DNA from: the human T2T-CHM13v2.0 reference genome, Homo sapiens
Assembly (NCBI RefSeq): GCF_009914755.1
Contig: NC_060928.1
Direction: 5' to 3' (one strand)
Length of the DNA stretch: 64,000 nt
Part shown: positions 32,912 to 46,905 of the stretch, piece by piece
Layout of the letters: every line of letters begins with the position of its first letter
Numbering within the stretch: position 1 is the stretch's first letter
Made by a program: the position numbers and the translations under genes
Notes under the pieces: model-generated
Told to the model about the DNA's origin: nothing
Databases searched by the model: none
What the model saw: the letters and a program-made list of their open reading frames with translations, nothing else

Positions 32912-35900
32912 AGAATAGCCTATTAACCAGTCTACCTGCTTCCACTTTTCCTCCACCCTGATCACATACACACATGCATTATCCACTGAGCAGTCACAAT
33001 CAGATGTTAAACCAAACATTATTCAGATAAGATCTCTGAAAAGCCTCTGATACTTTCTCTTTTAAAATGGAATATATTCTAAACACCTCTCCAAGGACAC
33101 AAGACTTACCTTGTCTAACTAATGACTTTTCTAACTTCATTCCCTATCATTCTCCATCTTGCCCCATGCTCCTCATGCAGCAGCTTTTTTTTTTTTTCCT
33201 TTTTCAAATATGTTGGTTTTGATCTTATCCAAGAACCTTTGCCCTGATGTATGAATGACTAACTGCTTTTCTACTTCGGGGGTCTCATATAGAAATCCTG
33301 CTTCAGAATACTCTTCCCTGAGCACTCTATCTAAATAAATCCCTCTTCTGCAACCCAGTGCTTTTTGTTCTATTACTGACTTCTTTTCCTTGTAGAAGTT
33401 ACTATTACTGCTTTTTACCTTTTTATTTATTTGTGTATTGTCTTTGTTGTTGCCCTCATCTTATCTCCACAAAAATATATGCTCCATAAAAACAGGCATT
33501 TCTGTGTCTTATTCAGCACTTTATCAGGGCCTATAACAATGCCTGGGACATATTCAGTGACCAGTGAATATTTTTGGAAGGAAAGAAAAGAGGAAAGAAT
33601 GAAGTAACAAACAAAGAATGAAGGAAGAAAAAATTTTTACAAACATTCAACATATTTTTATTTTGAAATAATTTTGTATTTTTCCCTATATCCTACATTG
33701 GATCAGAATATTACTGTTATGTATAGCCATGAGGACATGGTCTCAAAAAATGAGAAACTTTCTTAGACAGTAAAATTGTTAACTTGAGATGTTTGCTTCC
33801 ATCTTCTAGAGCCAAGTAGGATCTAACTTTAATTTGACTTAGCCAATAATCTGAAACTATTATAGTATCTGTCTTTCACAGATACATGCAATATTCACTT
33901 CTAAATATTTAATGATAAATTTGTAATCATACATGATAGTCAATTTTAATGATTATGTTGTCAAAATTCAGGCTTTTTGTGTGAATTGAAGACTTAAAGA
34001 AGAATTTGTAAATATGACTGTATAAGAAACAACAGAAAGATGAAGATGAACCGAAATAGAAATATCAAGAGGCTACAAAGTCTTAGCAAATTATAATTGC
34101 TAATGGTACATTATGTGGTGTTTAGTATCACATTTAGAATGTAGTCATTTGTTAAGTTTTTCATGGGGTAAAAGAAAGAATTTATTCCAAGAAAATTTTG
34201 GAATTTTAAAAATAAACATGACATCTTATCATGAGAAACATTTACAGTTTTTGCTTTTACTACAAGATACTGTGAAATGTTCTGCTCTGTCAGTTGTGAA
34301 AGTATGAAATTTAAGTCTATCACTACAATAATATTTTGTTTTTAGTGTTCATTTTTTTCCTCCTGACTACATTGAGATGAGTTAGATTGAGTGAAAGGTA
34401 AACACTAACATTTGAATTGAGGTAATTTCCACTGTGGAAAACAAACTGTTGTTAGTAAACAGGCATCAGCTTTGAGACACAGAAAAGTCATCCAAACCAG
34501 AAGATTGGGAACTTCCTCAATTACTTTGTCTTCCATTTATTGCATTCAATTAGTCAAAAATGTTGTTAATTATACATTTTAAAGACTATTTTTGGTAAGG
34601 TCTATGACACATTCAAAATACTACATATAAGTTTGTATTATCATAAATAATCCAAAAGAAAACATACATGTAACCACCACCATCTGGAAATTTCACACTA
34701 AATTATAAAACATTTCCATCACTGCATGTATTGTTTAATGTCGCTTTATGAATCCACCTTCTTCCTTATCTGTAGAGTTAAAAACTACTTAGTGGATTAG
34801 GGTAATTCATTCTACTTTTAAAAATGATTTTTCCACCTCTAATGTATTCTATAAAATAATATTGTTCACTTTTGCCTATTTTTGAGCTTTTTATAGAAAA
34901 ATGCTACTGCGAAATTATTTTGAGTCATATCTTTTGATCGATATTAAGATACATTTGCAGAGTTTTGTATGTGTGTTTATATCCATCTTACATAATTCTT
35001 TACTGTATAGCGTTCCCTTTAGCCACTGGAAAATGATATAATGTCATTGCTTACAGAAGGTGACTGATTCTTATTCAGTGCTACTTTCTACAGACAGGTA
35101 ACTATTCGCATTTACGATTAAGAAATGTTCACACCTTCACACTGGTATCAACTGCAACAACCACTATACTTCTCCAGTGATTGCCAGATGGCCCACTATA
35201 CATCCTTTCTTCTATTTCTTTCTTTTGTGGCCAGAAAGTCAGGACCTCAAAGAGGTATAAGTTTGTGTGTATAATTCCCTGGCTTTTTTCTAAAATTTTA
35301 GTATGCATTTATGTGGCACTTAATATATAAAAGAGTTTTATGAGTTTTAAAAATGTATATAAACAAGACATATAATAAATGGTATGTCATTTCACAATTT
35401 ACTATTTTTACTCAACATTTATATTTCTGAGACTTTTCACATTTTTGAATGTATTCATAGTTTCACTTTAATTGATGTTTGCCATGAAAGATCAAATATA
35501 TCACATTTTATTTGACTAAAAAGTAAACTATATTTCCTACATTATGCTATAGAACTTATAGACTAATTTAAGTTAATTATAGGCCTTATCTCAGACCTTT
35601 GCAAGTAGCCTGAATAAAACTTTTCATTATTTATATTATCACATGCATATATGTGTGTATGTATATATGTGTGCATGTGCATGCATAGTAAAAATCTTAA
35701 CCCAAAACTGAAATAAAAAATTATAAGAGAAAATACTATTTTCCACCAATATCACAATGGATAATCTTTTTTAAATGACTACATATGTCGATAAGTTACA
35801 AAATCCATATATGAGTATGACACCAATAAGAACATTTTCTCTAACCATTTTGAATACGAATAACCATGGATTCTAATAGCAAACATTATTAAAATATTAT

Positions 35901-36801
35901 TGAAATAACTAACTGAAGTAAGTCACTTTTTTTCTTGTTTTTAGTGGGGAGATGTTTGATGCAACTGTGATTCATTCAGTGAAGAGGTAGCACCATAACA
36001 TTCTTACATTTAAGTATGTTTTAATGCTTTATGTTTTTTAATTCCACATGTGTGTATCCCAATTCTTAACTCTCAAAAATTATTTTATGAAAATTGGTGT
36101 AATAATTATGGTCACTATCAAAAAATTTAAGGTAATATTAACAGTATCTTCATTAACTTTAAAATTTTTAATATAAAGTAAGAAAATAGCGTCCTCCATT
36201 TCTTATTAAGCTGTATCTAGAGAAAATACAATAAGTAAATTCCTGTAACTTAAGGGCTGGAATTTAAATCAGAGTGTGTAAAAGGGCAACATGAATGCTA
36301 AATCCTACCTTCATGTTTTGATGCTTTTCCTTGATTGAAATGTTAATTTACTTATTTTTATTATATAACCAGATAATGGACCAATGGTACATACAGTGTA
36401 GAAATACACCAGTGATATTTTAAAGTACCAAACTTCTCCACTTTTGCTGTGGCAATCCAGTGAGAAGACATCTTCTGTCATGTAATCTTTGTACAGATCT
36501 GCACAAGGAAATATATTCCTCTACAAGAATTATTTAGCCTAAAATGAATCTATGAAGTTATTATAAAATACAATAAGAAGTATAAAACAATACAGACATC
36601 CTTTCCAAAGCAAGTGCATGGATATCCTACATTTTAGTTACAGGGATAATTAGTGACTTTCCTCATTTAAAAAAGAAATTTCTATTCCAAGGATGTTTCT
36701 GCAATTATACCATTATTATATATTACCTAGTGCCATGAAACATTCTGAGAGGTATCAGAGGAGTTGAGAGATTCTTCAGTAGGGATAGGAGATACTGTTT
36801 C

Positions 36802-37640
36802 ATGCAGCCAAAAAACACATGAAAAAATGCTCACCATCACTGGCCATCAGAGAAATGCAAATCAAAACCACAATGAGATACTATCTCGCACCAGTTAGAA
36901 TGGCAATCATTAAAAAGTCAGGAAACAACAGGTGCTGGAGAGGATGTGGAGAAATAGGAACACTACTACACTGTTGGTGGGACTGTAAACTAGTTCAAAC
37001 ATTGTGGAAGTCAGTGTGGCGATTCCTCAGGGATCTAGAACTAGAAATACCATTTGACCCAGCCATCTCATTACTGGGTATATACCCAAAAGACTATAAA
37101 TCATGCTGCTATAAAGACACATGCACACGTATGTTTATTGCGGCATTATTCACAATAGCAAAGACTTGGAACCAACCCAAATGTCCAACAATGATAGACT
37201 GGATTAAGAAAATGTGGCACGTATACACCATGGAATACTAATGCAGCCATAAAAAATGATGAGTTCATGTCCTTTGTAGGGACATGGATGAAATTGGAAA
37301 TCATCATTCTCAGTAAACTATCGCAAGAACAAAAAACCAAACACCGCATATTCTCACTCATAGGTGGGAATTGAACAATGAGAACACACAGACACAGGAA
37401 CGGGAACATCACACTCTGGGGACTGTTGTGGGGTGGGGGGAGGGGGGAGGGATAGCATCAGGAGATATACCTAGTACTAGATGACGAGTTAGTGGGTACA
37501 GCGCACCAGCATGGCACATGTATACATATGTAACTAACCTGCACAATGTGCACATGTACCCTAAAACCTAAAGTATAATAATAATAAAAAAAGAAAAAAT
37601 AAATAAATAAAATTTAGTGTTAATACTGTTAAAAAAAAAG
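36802..37640 (+). mobile_element. 5'-truncated L1PA (ORF2 C-terminus + 3'UTR + A tail)
   Basis: ORF 36819..37241 is the L1 ORF2 C-terminus ([26 protein letters not shown]), followed by the canonical 3'UTR. Confidence 0.95.
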
Positions 37641-40201
37641 AATTTCTTCATCCACAGTCTTCATCACTTACCAATTTCTGGAAAAGTCAGGGTGGGAGTT
37701 TTTATCCTGCTTACCCACTGCCTATAGAACATATAAAGGGATCTGAGTAAAGCAAGGAAGGTTATATGAAAAACTTAGCACGTCTTCATGTAAAAAAGAA
37801 CTGGTAGCAAATCCTGGTGAGCATTGAAAGAATATATTCAAAACATTCTTCCAGAACTGAAATCAGCAAGGCAGGAGTCAGAATGCCATTCTCATCATCA
37901 ACACAGGCATTTTGTTTCTCATTTGCCTATTTTATCCTTAGAACTTAAGTGACCTTGATTTAAGTGATGATCATTTTGAACACCTACCTTCAGAAGAAAA
38001 TTCACTGAATCCTCTGGCATACAACAGATCTTCATTTTTTAATCATCTTTTTAATAAATACAAGGTAACTTAAAATTTACCTGTGAATGTGATGGATCAC
38101 TCTGGAATAATTTTCTGATAAATACAGTATTAAATTCAGACAAAATAATTGTGGTAGGCAATAGAATTTTGTGGATACAAAATACCAGATGCCGCAGTCA
38201 GATCAAGTGGGCCCATACCCCAGGATCAACACTTAGTAGCAAAGGTCATCCAAGGAAATTGCTGACTTTCCATATGCCTTCATTTTCTCATCTGTAAAGT
38301 GGAGATAACACTAGTATAGACCAATAGAATTTTAAGTATCATATGAAATTAAGTAAAACAGTAAGCATGTGATAAATATAATTATTATTGTTCCAAGATT
38401 TAAAAAAAAATCAGCAGTTTCTCTTCTAATAAAACTCTTTATTACATAAATAAAACCATAAAAAAGATAATTAAGAATGAAAGAATAGTCATTTTTATCC
38501 TAGCTCTTTAATCTAACACATAAATAAAAATGAAATTCCAGATTCAGCATGCTTTCAGATACATATTAGCATCAACTTTCCCTTCTACCGATCGGCAGAA
38601 ATAAACTCTCAAAAGCAAATATTAATTTTCTACTGTTTTCTAGGCATTCTTATCTGAACTAACACATATAATTTTTACAAGAGTCATTAGTATTGTCCAT
38701 CTCATTTTATTTATGAGATGCAAAGGGCTAATTTGCCTGAAATCACGTTGTTAGCAGGTGACAGAAACTGCTAAATGCTTGCAGTAGCTGATGTCGTTGA
38801 GGTACCCAAATTTTCTCTTTGTGTTACTAGATTATGGAGTAATAAGTGAGATAATATATTTGCAACAAATAAACAAGTAAATGTCTAGTTCATGAAAGTG
38901 ACCTGGTATTATAAAATTGCATATCAGCATTATGCTTTCCAGGGGTAACACGCTTATTTTTCTTAGTATCTCATTTTAAGAATTCTGTGTACATGCATTT
39001 GTCAAATGTACCATTATTCAGACATAAATCAATAATCACTGTATTATTTGTATAGATTCCTCATGCTATGGTAATAGATAGTTCTCAAAATATTGTGTCA
39101 TATATGATATAAGATTATTTCTTCTTCACATCACTTCATATTCTAATGCAGGTATAATGTATGAATTTCATGTGCTACCTCTTGAACACATCACCTCCAA
39201 AGTTCCATATCAGAGTAAGAGAGAGATAGGGGAAAATACCAATTCTTATTGAATTGCTGTATTCAATGGCAATTGAATGGCACACACAACTTATCACAGC
39301 CCATTGGCCAGAACTAGACATATGCCTTCACACTACCTGCCAGGAAGTCTGGGAAATACAAAGGAGAAAGTGTAGCACTTACTCTCTCTACAATAGTATT
39401 GTGTCTATTAGTAATAGTGTGGGTGTGTGGGGAGGAGGGTGGAGATAATTTGGAGGGCAATCAAATCAAATTAATGAAACTTTTACTTTAAATTTTGAGT
39501 CATTATATATCGTATATATTCAAATTTTTGAATCCTGAAACATCTCCCTACAAAATACTGACTTGTATACTTCTAACAAATCAAAATCTTACTCAATACT
39601 CCTTACTCAGAAGTTTGGTCCTACTATGATAGCATCTGTGGATTACATCATGTACACTAACAGAAATGAATAACAAATGACTTTGGGATGTTAACTGCTT
39701 TGCTTTTACTAACAAATCTCTCTTGCAAGCATATAATTTATTGCTACCTTTTATTTCATTTTTCTAAGACTCACCTATAACAGTCAAGGTTATTATTTTT
39801 CCTTTGACTTGGCTAACTGTTAAGTCTCTGTTTTTACCAAATGTGTGTTACCAATGGTATCACACCCCTTACCACTCATCAAAAAATAACTAATTTATCC
39901 TGCAAAATAAAAGACTCAAAATCAAAAATCATAGACTTAAGTAATATATATAAAGGAATCAGACCTCACCGTGCTATTCCTTGAGCTCTGCTCCAAAGAT
40001 ATTCTTTCAGCAAAGAGCTTTTTCATTTCCCCTGTGCCAAGAGCTTTTCTACATACTGGGAACTTAAGCACAGACAATAGCAAGGAGCCTACTCCCACTG
40101 AAATTACATGAAGATGGCATTAAGCAGAAAATAAGTAAATTTAAAAATTCAAAATTAAGATAAAACAGGTGCTTAAAAAATACTCCTAAAACATAGTGCT
40201 A

Positions 40202-40530
<329 letters not shown>

Positions 40531-40591
40531 AAAATAGTTCAAGGGGATTTCAACATACTTTAACACAAAATTTCAGTGTCAGCTAATAATA

Positions 40592-41170
40592 TATAGCAAG
40601 TCCTCACTTAATGTCTTGATTATATTCTTGGAAACTGACTTTGAGCAAGAGGACGTATAACAAAACCAATTTTACCATAGGCTAATTGATAGAAGAAAAA
40701 AAGTGTAAAGTTCCCATGGCATATTTCTGGTCACGAAAACATTGAAATAAATGTAAGCTATACATAAATTTAAGAAAGATTAATAAAAACAAATAAGAAA
40801 ATCATTTACCCAATTTTTGGTGAGTCAATGAGCAATGGCAGTCATGGTGGTGGTAGGTTAGATCAAAATGTAAATGTCTGCAAAACAAAAATTGTAAGGA
40901 GCACCTCCGACCTACCACCATGCAGTTCAAAAACAAACAATAATTAATGTGATGGTCTTGCTGAGCTCTTTTGGACCACACTGTCTGTTGTTGTGCATTT
41001 ATATGATCTTTTACCATTTTTATTTTATATCCTTTACAATTTTTATTTTTCAATAATTTGTCTTCATTCATTCATTCATTTTCCAACTTGTTTATTTCAG
41101 TTTCAATGGTGAGAGACTATCCTAGCAGCTTAGGGCACAAGGTGGGAACAGCCCTGTACAGGATGATGTC
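40592..41170 (-). mobile_element. MER6-family (TcMar-Tigger) DNA transposon
   Basis: aagtcctcacttaa...ttcttggaaactg...accaattttaccataggctaattg is the reverse complement of the end of the 46440 copy. Confidence 0.65.
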
Positions 41171-41199
41171 CTGACAAATGTGTTACTTCTACACATTTG

Positions 41200-43060
41200 T
41201 CACAATGGCAAAAACTAATGGCACCATATGTTGATAAAATTTTGAACTAACTGGAACTAAAACCAGTAGATGCGTAGATGACACAATCACTTTAGAAAAC
41301 TGACGGTGATCTTGGGGAAAGGAATTGGTTTATATCTTGGACCTAAGCAAATACATGGATTTATAAAAATGTAATATTTTAATGAGCTGTACACTGATAT
41401 TGTATATGTTTTACAGTATGTAAATTTTACCTAAATTTGTAAGTGTTCCAAAATAACATTTTTTATGTTCCTTTTCATCAAACATTATCAAGAATCTAGG
41501 GGTGGGGGATCCAACAAAAGAAGGGCATGACTTCTGTGGGAAAGTTTATAAAACTTTGGTAAAGTAGACATCAAAAAAATGCAGATCCTATGTTCATGGA
41601 TTGGGAACTTTGATAATGTAGATACAATAATATGTTTCAGAAATTCAAACCAGTATTCGAAAATTGACAATATGATTTCTACATTGTCAGATAAAATCAA
41701 AGAACCTGGAAAAATCAATAAACTTAAACAAATGCATGTTTGAAGGGCCTATTCTAGAAGATAACAAGAGTTATTATAAATCTATAACTAATTAAAACTC
41801 TGGTATTGAAAAGACAAACAAAAAAACAATGGCACAGAAAAACAAACATAAAAACAGTCTCATGCATAGGGACACAATTTATGAAAGGGTTAGTGCTGCA
41901 GTTTTTTTCATGGTAATACCATAACCAATTAGTTATAAATATGGAAAAAAATTAAATTGGATTTCTACTCAATATCAGGTCAAAATTCAACTCTACGGTT
42001 GTTATGGACCCAAATGTGAAAGAGAAAACTAAAGTCTTTCAGAATATGACATTGCAGAATATCTTCATGACATTTAAGTAGAGGAAGAGTTCTAACCTGA
42101 AGTAAACTAGTGATGATTTTGACTGTGTTGAAATTAAGAATATCTGTTCATCAGCGTATTCTGTAAAGATAGCAAAAAGACAAGCCACAAATAAGCAATA
42201 AAATACTCACACCTTGAACATATATACATCTGAACATTGGATTAGAATGGAGAGTCTAGAAATGAGCCTTTACGCTTACAGTCAACTGAATTTCAGTAAG
42301 AATGCAAAGAAATTCAATGGGGAAAGAATTTTTTTTCAAAAAATAGTACTGGGACAATTGGACATCTACATGCAAAATAATTAAGTTGAAACCCTACCTA
42401 TCAATCATTAATAAAAATGGATTATAGACCTAAATGTAAGAGTGAAAATTATAAAATTATAAAAATTATTTTAAAAAATATAAAAATTATAAAAACTTTT
42501 GGTTTAAAGCACAAGATTAAATCTTCACAACCATGAATTACACAGGGTTTTCAGATATTACACCAAAAACACAAATGGCAAAATAAAAAATAGATAAATT
42601 GGAACTCAATACATATTTCAAACTTTTGTGCATCAAAAAAGCACCATCAAGAAAATGCAAAGACAATCCACATATAATGAAAGAAAATATTTACAAATCA
42701 TATATCAAATAAAGGACTTGTATTCAGAATATAAAGAATTCTTACAAATAACACCATTTAAAAATGGGCAAAAGATTTCAACAGACATTTCTCATGACAA
42801 GATATACAAATCGTCAATAAGCACAAAAAGATGCTCGACATCATTAGTCATCAGGGAAATGCAAATAGAAATCACAGTGAGATATCACTTCACACACCTA
42901 CAAACACGGTTAGAATAAAATAGTCAGAAAACAAGTGTTGATGAGGATCTGAAGATATCAGAACCCTCATACATTGCTAGTGAGAATATACAATAGTATA
43001 GCTGCTTTGCTGCTTTGAAAAACAATTTGTCAATTTGTCAAAACATTAAACATGGAATCA
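41200..43060 (+). mobile_element. old L1M ORF2 fragments
   Basis: ORF 42628..42918 is decayed L1 ORF2 (KRCSTSLVIREMQI); boundaries approximate. Confidence 0.75.
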
Positions 43061-43334
43061 TTACTATATTTACACCTTTTTACTTAGCCGTCCAGTAAAC
43101 AACTTAAATATAACGCTTGTCTAATACTCCACTACTGATTACCTCCCCATAGGATCTCTCCCTACTGCTATCTTCCTCCTCTTAGTAACTCAAAACTTGA
43201 GTCCTTCAGTTGTGCAAGCAAAACACTTAAAAGTCTTTCTTGATTATACTCTTTTTCTAAACTCCAATAGCTGACATGACAAAGTATTTTGGAAATGCCA
43301 ACTTCAACATACATCTAGAATCCAAACATTTCTT

Positions 43335-43560
43335 TGTTTTAATTTTTGTGGATACATAGTAGATGTATATATTATGGGGTACGTGAGATGTTTTGATACA
43401 GGCATGCAATGTGAAATAAGCACATCATGGAGAATAGAGTATGCATTCCCTCAAGCATTTACCTTTTGAATTACAAATAATCCAATTACATTCTTTAAGT
43501 TATTTTAAAATATACAATTAAGTTATTACTGACTATTGTGCTATCAAGTAGGTCTTATTC
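43335..43560 (-). mobile_element. L1MA 3' end
   Basis: tttttgtggatacatagtagatgtatat...gatacaggcatgcaatgtgaaataagcacatc. Confidence 0.75.
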
Positions 43561-46439
43561 ATTTTTTGCCACCTCTCCCTATCACTATCATATACAAACC
43601 ACCATAATCTCTCACTGATTATCACAATCACCTTCACCTCCTAACCTCTCCTTTCTTATGTCTTCCACATCCTCCTAATGTGTTTTCTACACAGCAGTAA
43701 AAGGGATCATGTCATAGTCATCTCTGTCCTCCTGAAATTCTGCAAGTGAATCACTGTGTCTCATGCACAAGTTTAACGAGGAGAATAAAGTATTTAAATA
43801 AGTGAATCATATATTTAAGATTTATTTTTCCAATAAAAGTACAAAAGCAATTCTACTATTCTACAAAGGAAACGTTCACTGTATTTATATTGACAAACAT
43901 TGCTTTTTAGCAGTCTGGAATATCTCTTTTTTAAATTAAAGAGATAAAGAAGACATCTACAAAGAATACTGCAAATCTCTCATGCTGTGATCCCTTTTTT
44001 ATAATAGAGGAGATTAAAAACTTCTCGAAATGATAAAGGATATGAAAGCCATTAATTCTTTGAGTAACCATATAAATTACTAGTGGTGCTGAGATGAAAA
44101 GACTGGTTTGTTTAAAGATAACAGGCCCTGAGTTTTTTAAAGAGTTTATATAGCTGTAAATCTAGGCATTAGATCCTTTCAGAAGAATTATTTGCTTATC
44201 ATTAATCTTGGAAATAAGGTAATTTTGTTAGCAACAACTTTATTCCCTCTGTTCTCTTTATATATGTGCCAGAGGAGAAGTTATTCAAAGAATGGCAGTA
44301 AAGTTTCTTGTGGAAAGCTATACTGATTGTATCTTAAATAAACCATTGATTAATTAAAATTCAATGATTTGTGAAGGGGAAAGTAGGTTAAGGAGTTATA
44401 AAAATAATACACAGCATAAGCACTGTGCATGACGATGCTAATATTAAATATTATCTAAGATTTACTTATCATACTACTAAGAAAAATGTGAAGTTCAAAA
44501 GCCCAAAAGAAGTATCAATAGTACATTGTCAATATATATGTCTGTGTAGGGTTGGGTCATATATCTCATTGCTTTGAAATGTATTTCTTTTTTCCAAAAC
44601 ATTTCATTATTTTTTCCCCTTCCTGTTCATTGCTTGCCATGTGAAATAAAACTTCTCTATACATCTCAATCACAAAACAATGCAGCTTCTTTTCTTAGGG
44701 GTGTTTATCTCTTTCACTGTGTGAAAGTACAGCATTGCTTTCATTACTTGGACAATAAATATATTCTCACTAAAATCAAAATTACATCCTGCCACTCTCT
44801 TCCTGTGCTTTTCTTTTTACACATTTCTTTTGTTTCAATGCAAAATCTGATGTAATATTTTACAGGACATTAAAATGTGAATTTAATAAAAAATTCACTA
44901 TTTTTAAAACTTAATCTAAACACAGTAAGGAGACATCTATTATTAGATAGATCGTGAGTTGAGGATATTTAAATATGAAAAACATGCACCTAAGGATCAA
45001 AGAAATCCAGCAACTTTGAGCCGATCATAAAAGATAATAAAATGGTAAATCAAAGATTATACATGGAGATGTCAGAGGAATTATTAATGATTTAAAATGA
45101 TTTAAACTTTTCTTGCCTACAGCATGAATAACTAAAGTATGATTTCATAAATTATTTTAGATATATGAAAACAGTGACATATAATTCATGAGAAATTAAC
45201 CTCCATCTACATAGGGAGGGAGAGTAGAATTAGTCTCAATCCAAATAGAAGGACCAAATAAATATGCAATATGGAGGTTATGGGTTGCTCTTCATATGGG
45301 TCTTAATCCCAAATTTCCCACATCCTAAAACTCCGCCTAACTCCTTTAAGCCTCAGATTTCCTCATCTTCAAAAAAAAGAAGGTAATGACTTAGAATCTT
45401 ACAAATTCATATATAGAATTGATGAAAGAATATTGTAAAGAATTTGGCATAGCTTAATCACTCAAAAATCTTTCTTCATGTTAACATTATTATTAAGTCA
45501 TTTAACAGGAAATAAGCCACCACTTCTAAATAAATTGAAACAGAGGGTCGTTTTCAAGCAAGTAGCCTTTATATATACAATTTAATGCTTCCCACTCAGT
45601 TTCAACACTTTCACACGAATTATTTTATGCATACATGACACATTCAAAACCCTGAAATAATAATAGAAAGTTTTTGGGAAAATAATAAAAATAAAATGGT
45701 AATTAATTAATTAGTGAGAAAATTAATTACATTATTTGAATAATAAAATAGTATTATTGTCATATCCAAGTATCTAACTCTTTTGACTATGAGAAAGTGG
45801 AAGTATTTCTCTTGGAATAGTTCTATCAACATTTCATTAGCATTCAATTAGCATTCAACGTTGAATTTAATATTTTATAAATGTATTGGCTAGTTTTACT
45901 TATAATGTTTTACTGTGGTTTCTATTTCAAAATATAATTGGATTCTCATTTATTTTAACTAGCAAAAAAACTTTTATGAAAAGTTTTTATTATTAACCAA
46001 AAATATTTATTAATTGAAACTGTGTTTTTCTATTTTTCCTTAGCATTTAAATGACCATGAATATGATCAAAACAACGTTCATATTAAACACCTAACTATA
46101 GAATAGACTCCCTGGTTTTCTGGTGATCAATATACCTGTTTTGTGTACACCATTCATGGATACAGGTAACTTATGATTTACCCTGGATGTAACAAATGAG
46201 CTCTAAATTGTTTTGTTATAAAATATTCCATAAACTCAGACAAAAATATGCGTAATAGATAGTAGAGTATATTGGTTTAGTGGTTAAATAATATGGATCT
46301 GGAATCAGATAAAATAGAATTAATGCTAGAATAAGCTACAATAGGTTAAAAATTTCAGGTTCATTAATTAAAAAGAATGTAGCTCAAGGCAAATTGTTTC
46401 TCTGGTGTTTTCTCAAACAGCACTGGGAAAATGCTAGTA

Positions 46440-46905
46440 CAGCAGGTGTTCACATAACATCATTTAGTTAAACGTCGTTTTGTTACAACGTTGATGAGAA
46501 AAATGTATACCGAATCCAGCTGGAGCCACTGTCTATGGAATATGCACATTCTCCCCCTTGACTTCATGCATTTCTCCAGATACTCCAGTTTCCTCTCACA
46601 TTCCAGAGATGTGCATGTTCTGGCCACCTGCAGCCCTGAACTGGAATCGTTGGGTAATCAATTGTCTTACTTGTTTTTATTAACCTTCTTAAATGTATGT
46701 ATGACTCACATTTATTTCAGTGTTTAATATTAGAAGTGTTTTGGTCTTTATTTAGAAGTTTGGTGATGGTTTTATGAGCAGAAATATACCATAAGAATTT
46801 AACTCTTGTTTATATCCATTAGCTATTGGTTTCCTTAGACATCATTTCACTTAAAGTCACAGTTTCCAAGAACCTATCAACAATGTTAAATGAGGGCTTA
46901 GCATA
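46440..46905 (+). mobile_element. MER6A-like DNA transposon
   Basis: ta cagcaggt...aacgtcgttttgttacaacgttgatgagaaaaa...gcacattctcccc...agtttccaagaacctatc. Confidence 0.7.

Noticed and set aside
35235-35254. 20-nt AG/GT-bounded segment as another exon of the hidden gene
   Set aside because: Length is not phase 0, the donor (gtataa) is weak and there is no diagnostic motif; kept only as a possibility.
36819-37241. 140-aa ORF as a host gene (also 14285..14614, 42628..42918, 60120..60524)
   Set aside because: These are L1 ORF2 fragments.
44860-44930. tttacag|GACATTAAAATG as a casein-like signal exon
   Set aside because: The ATG is followed at once by stop codons and there is no hydrophobic run.
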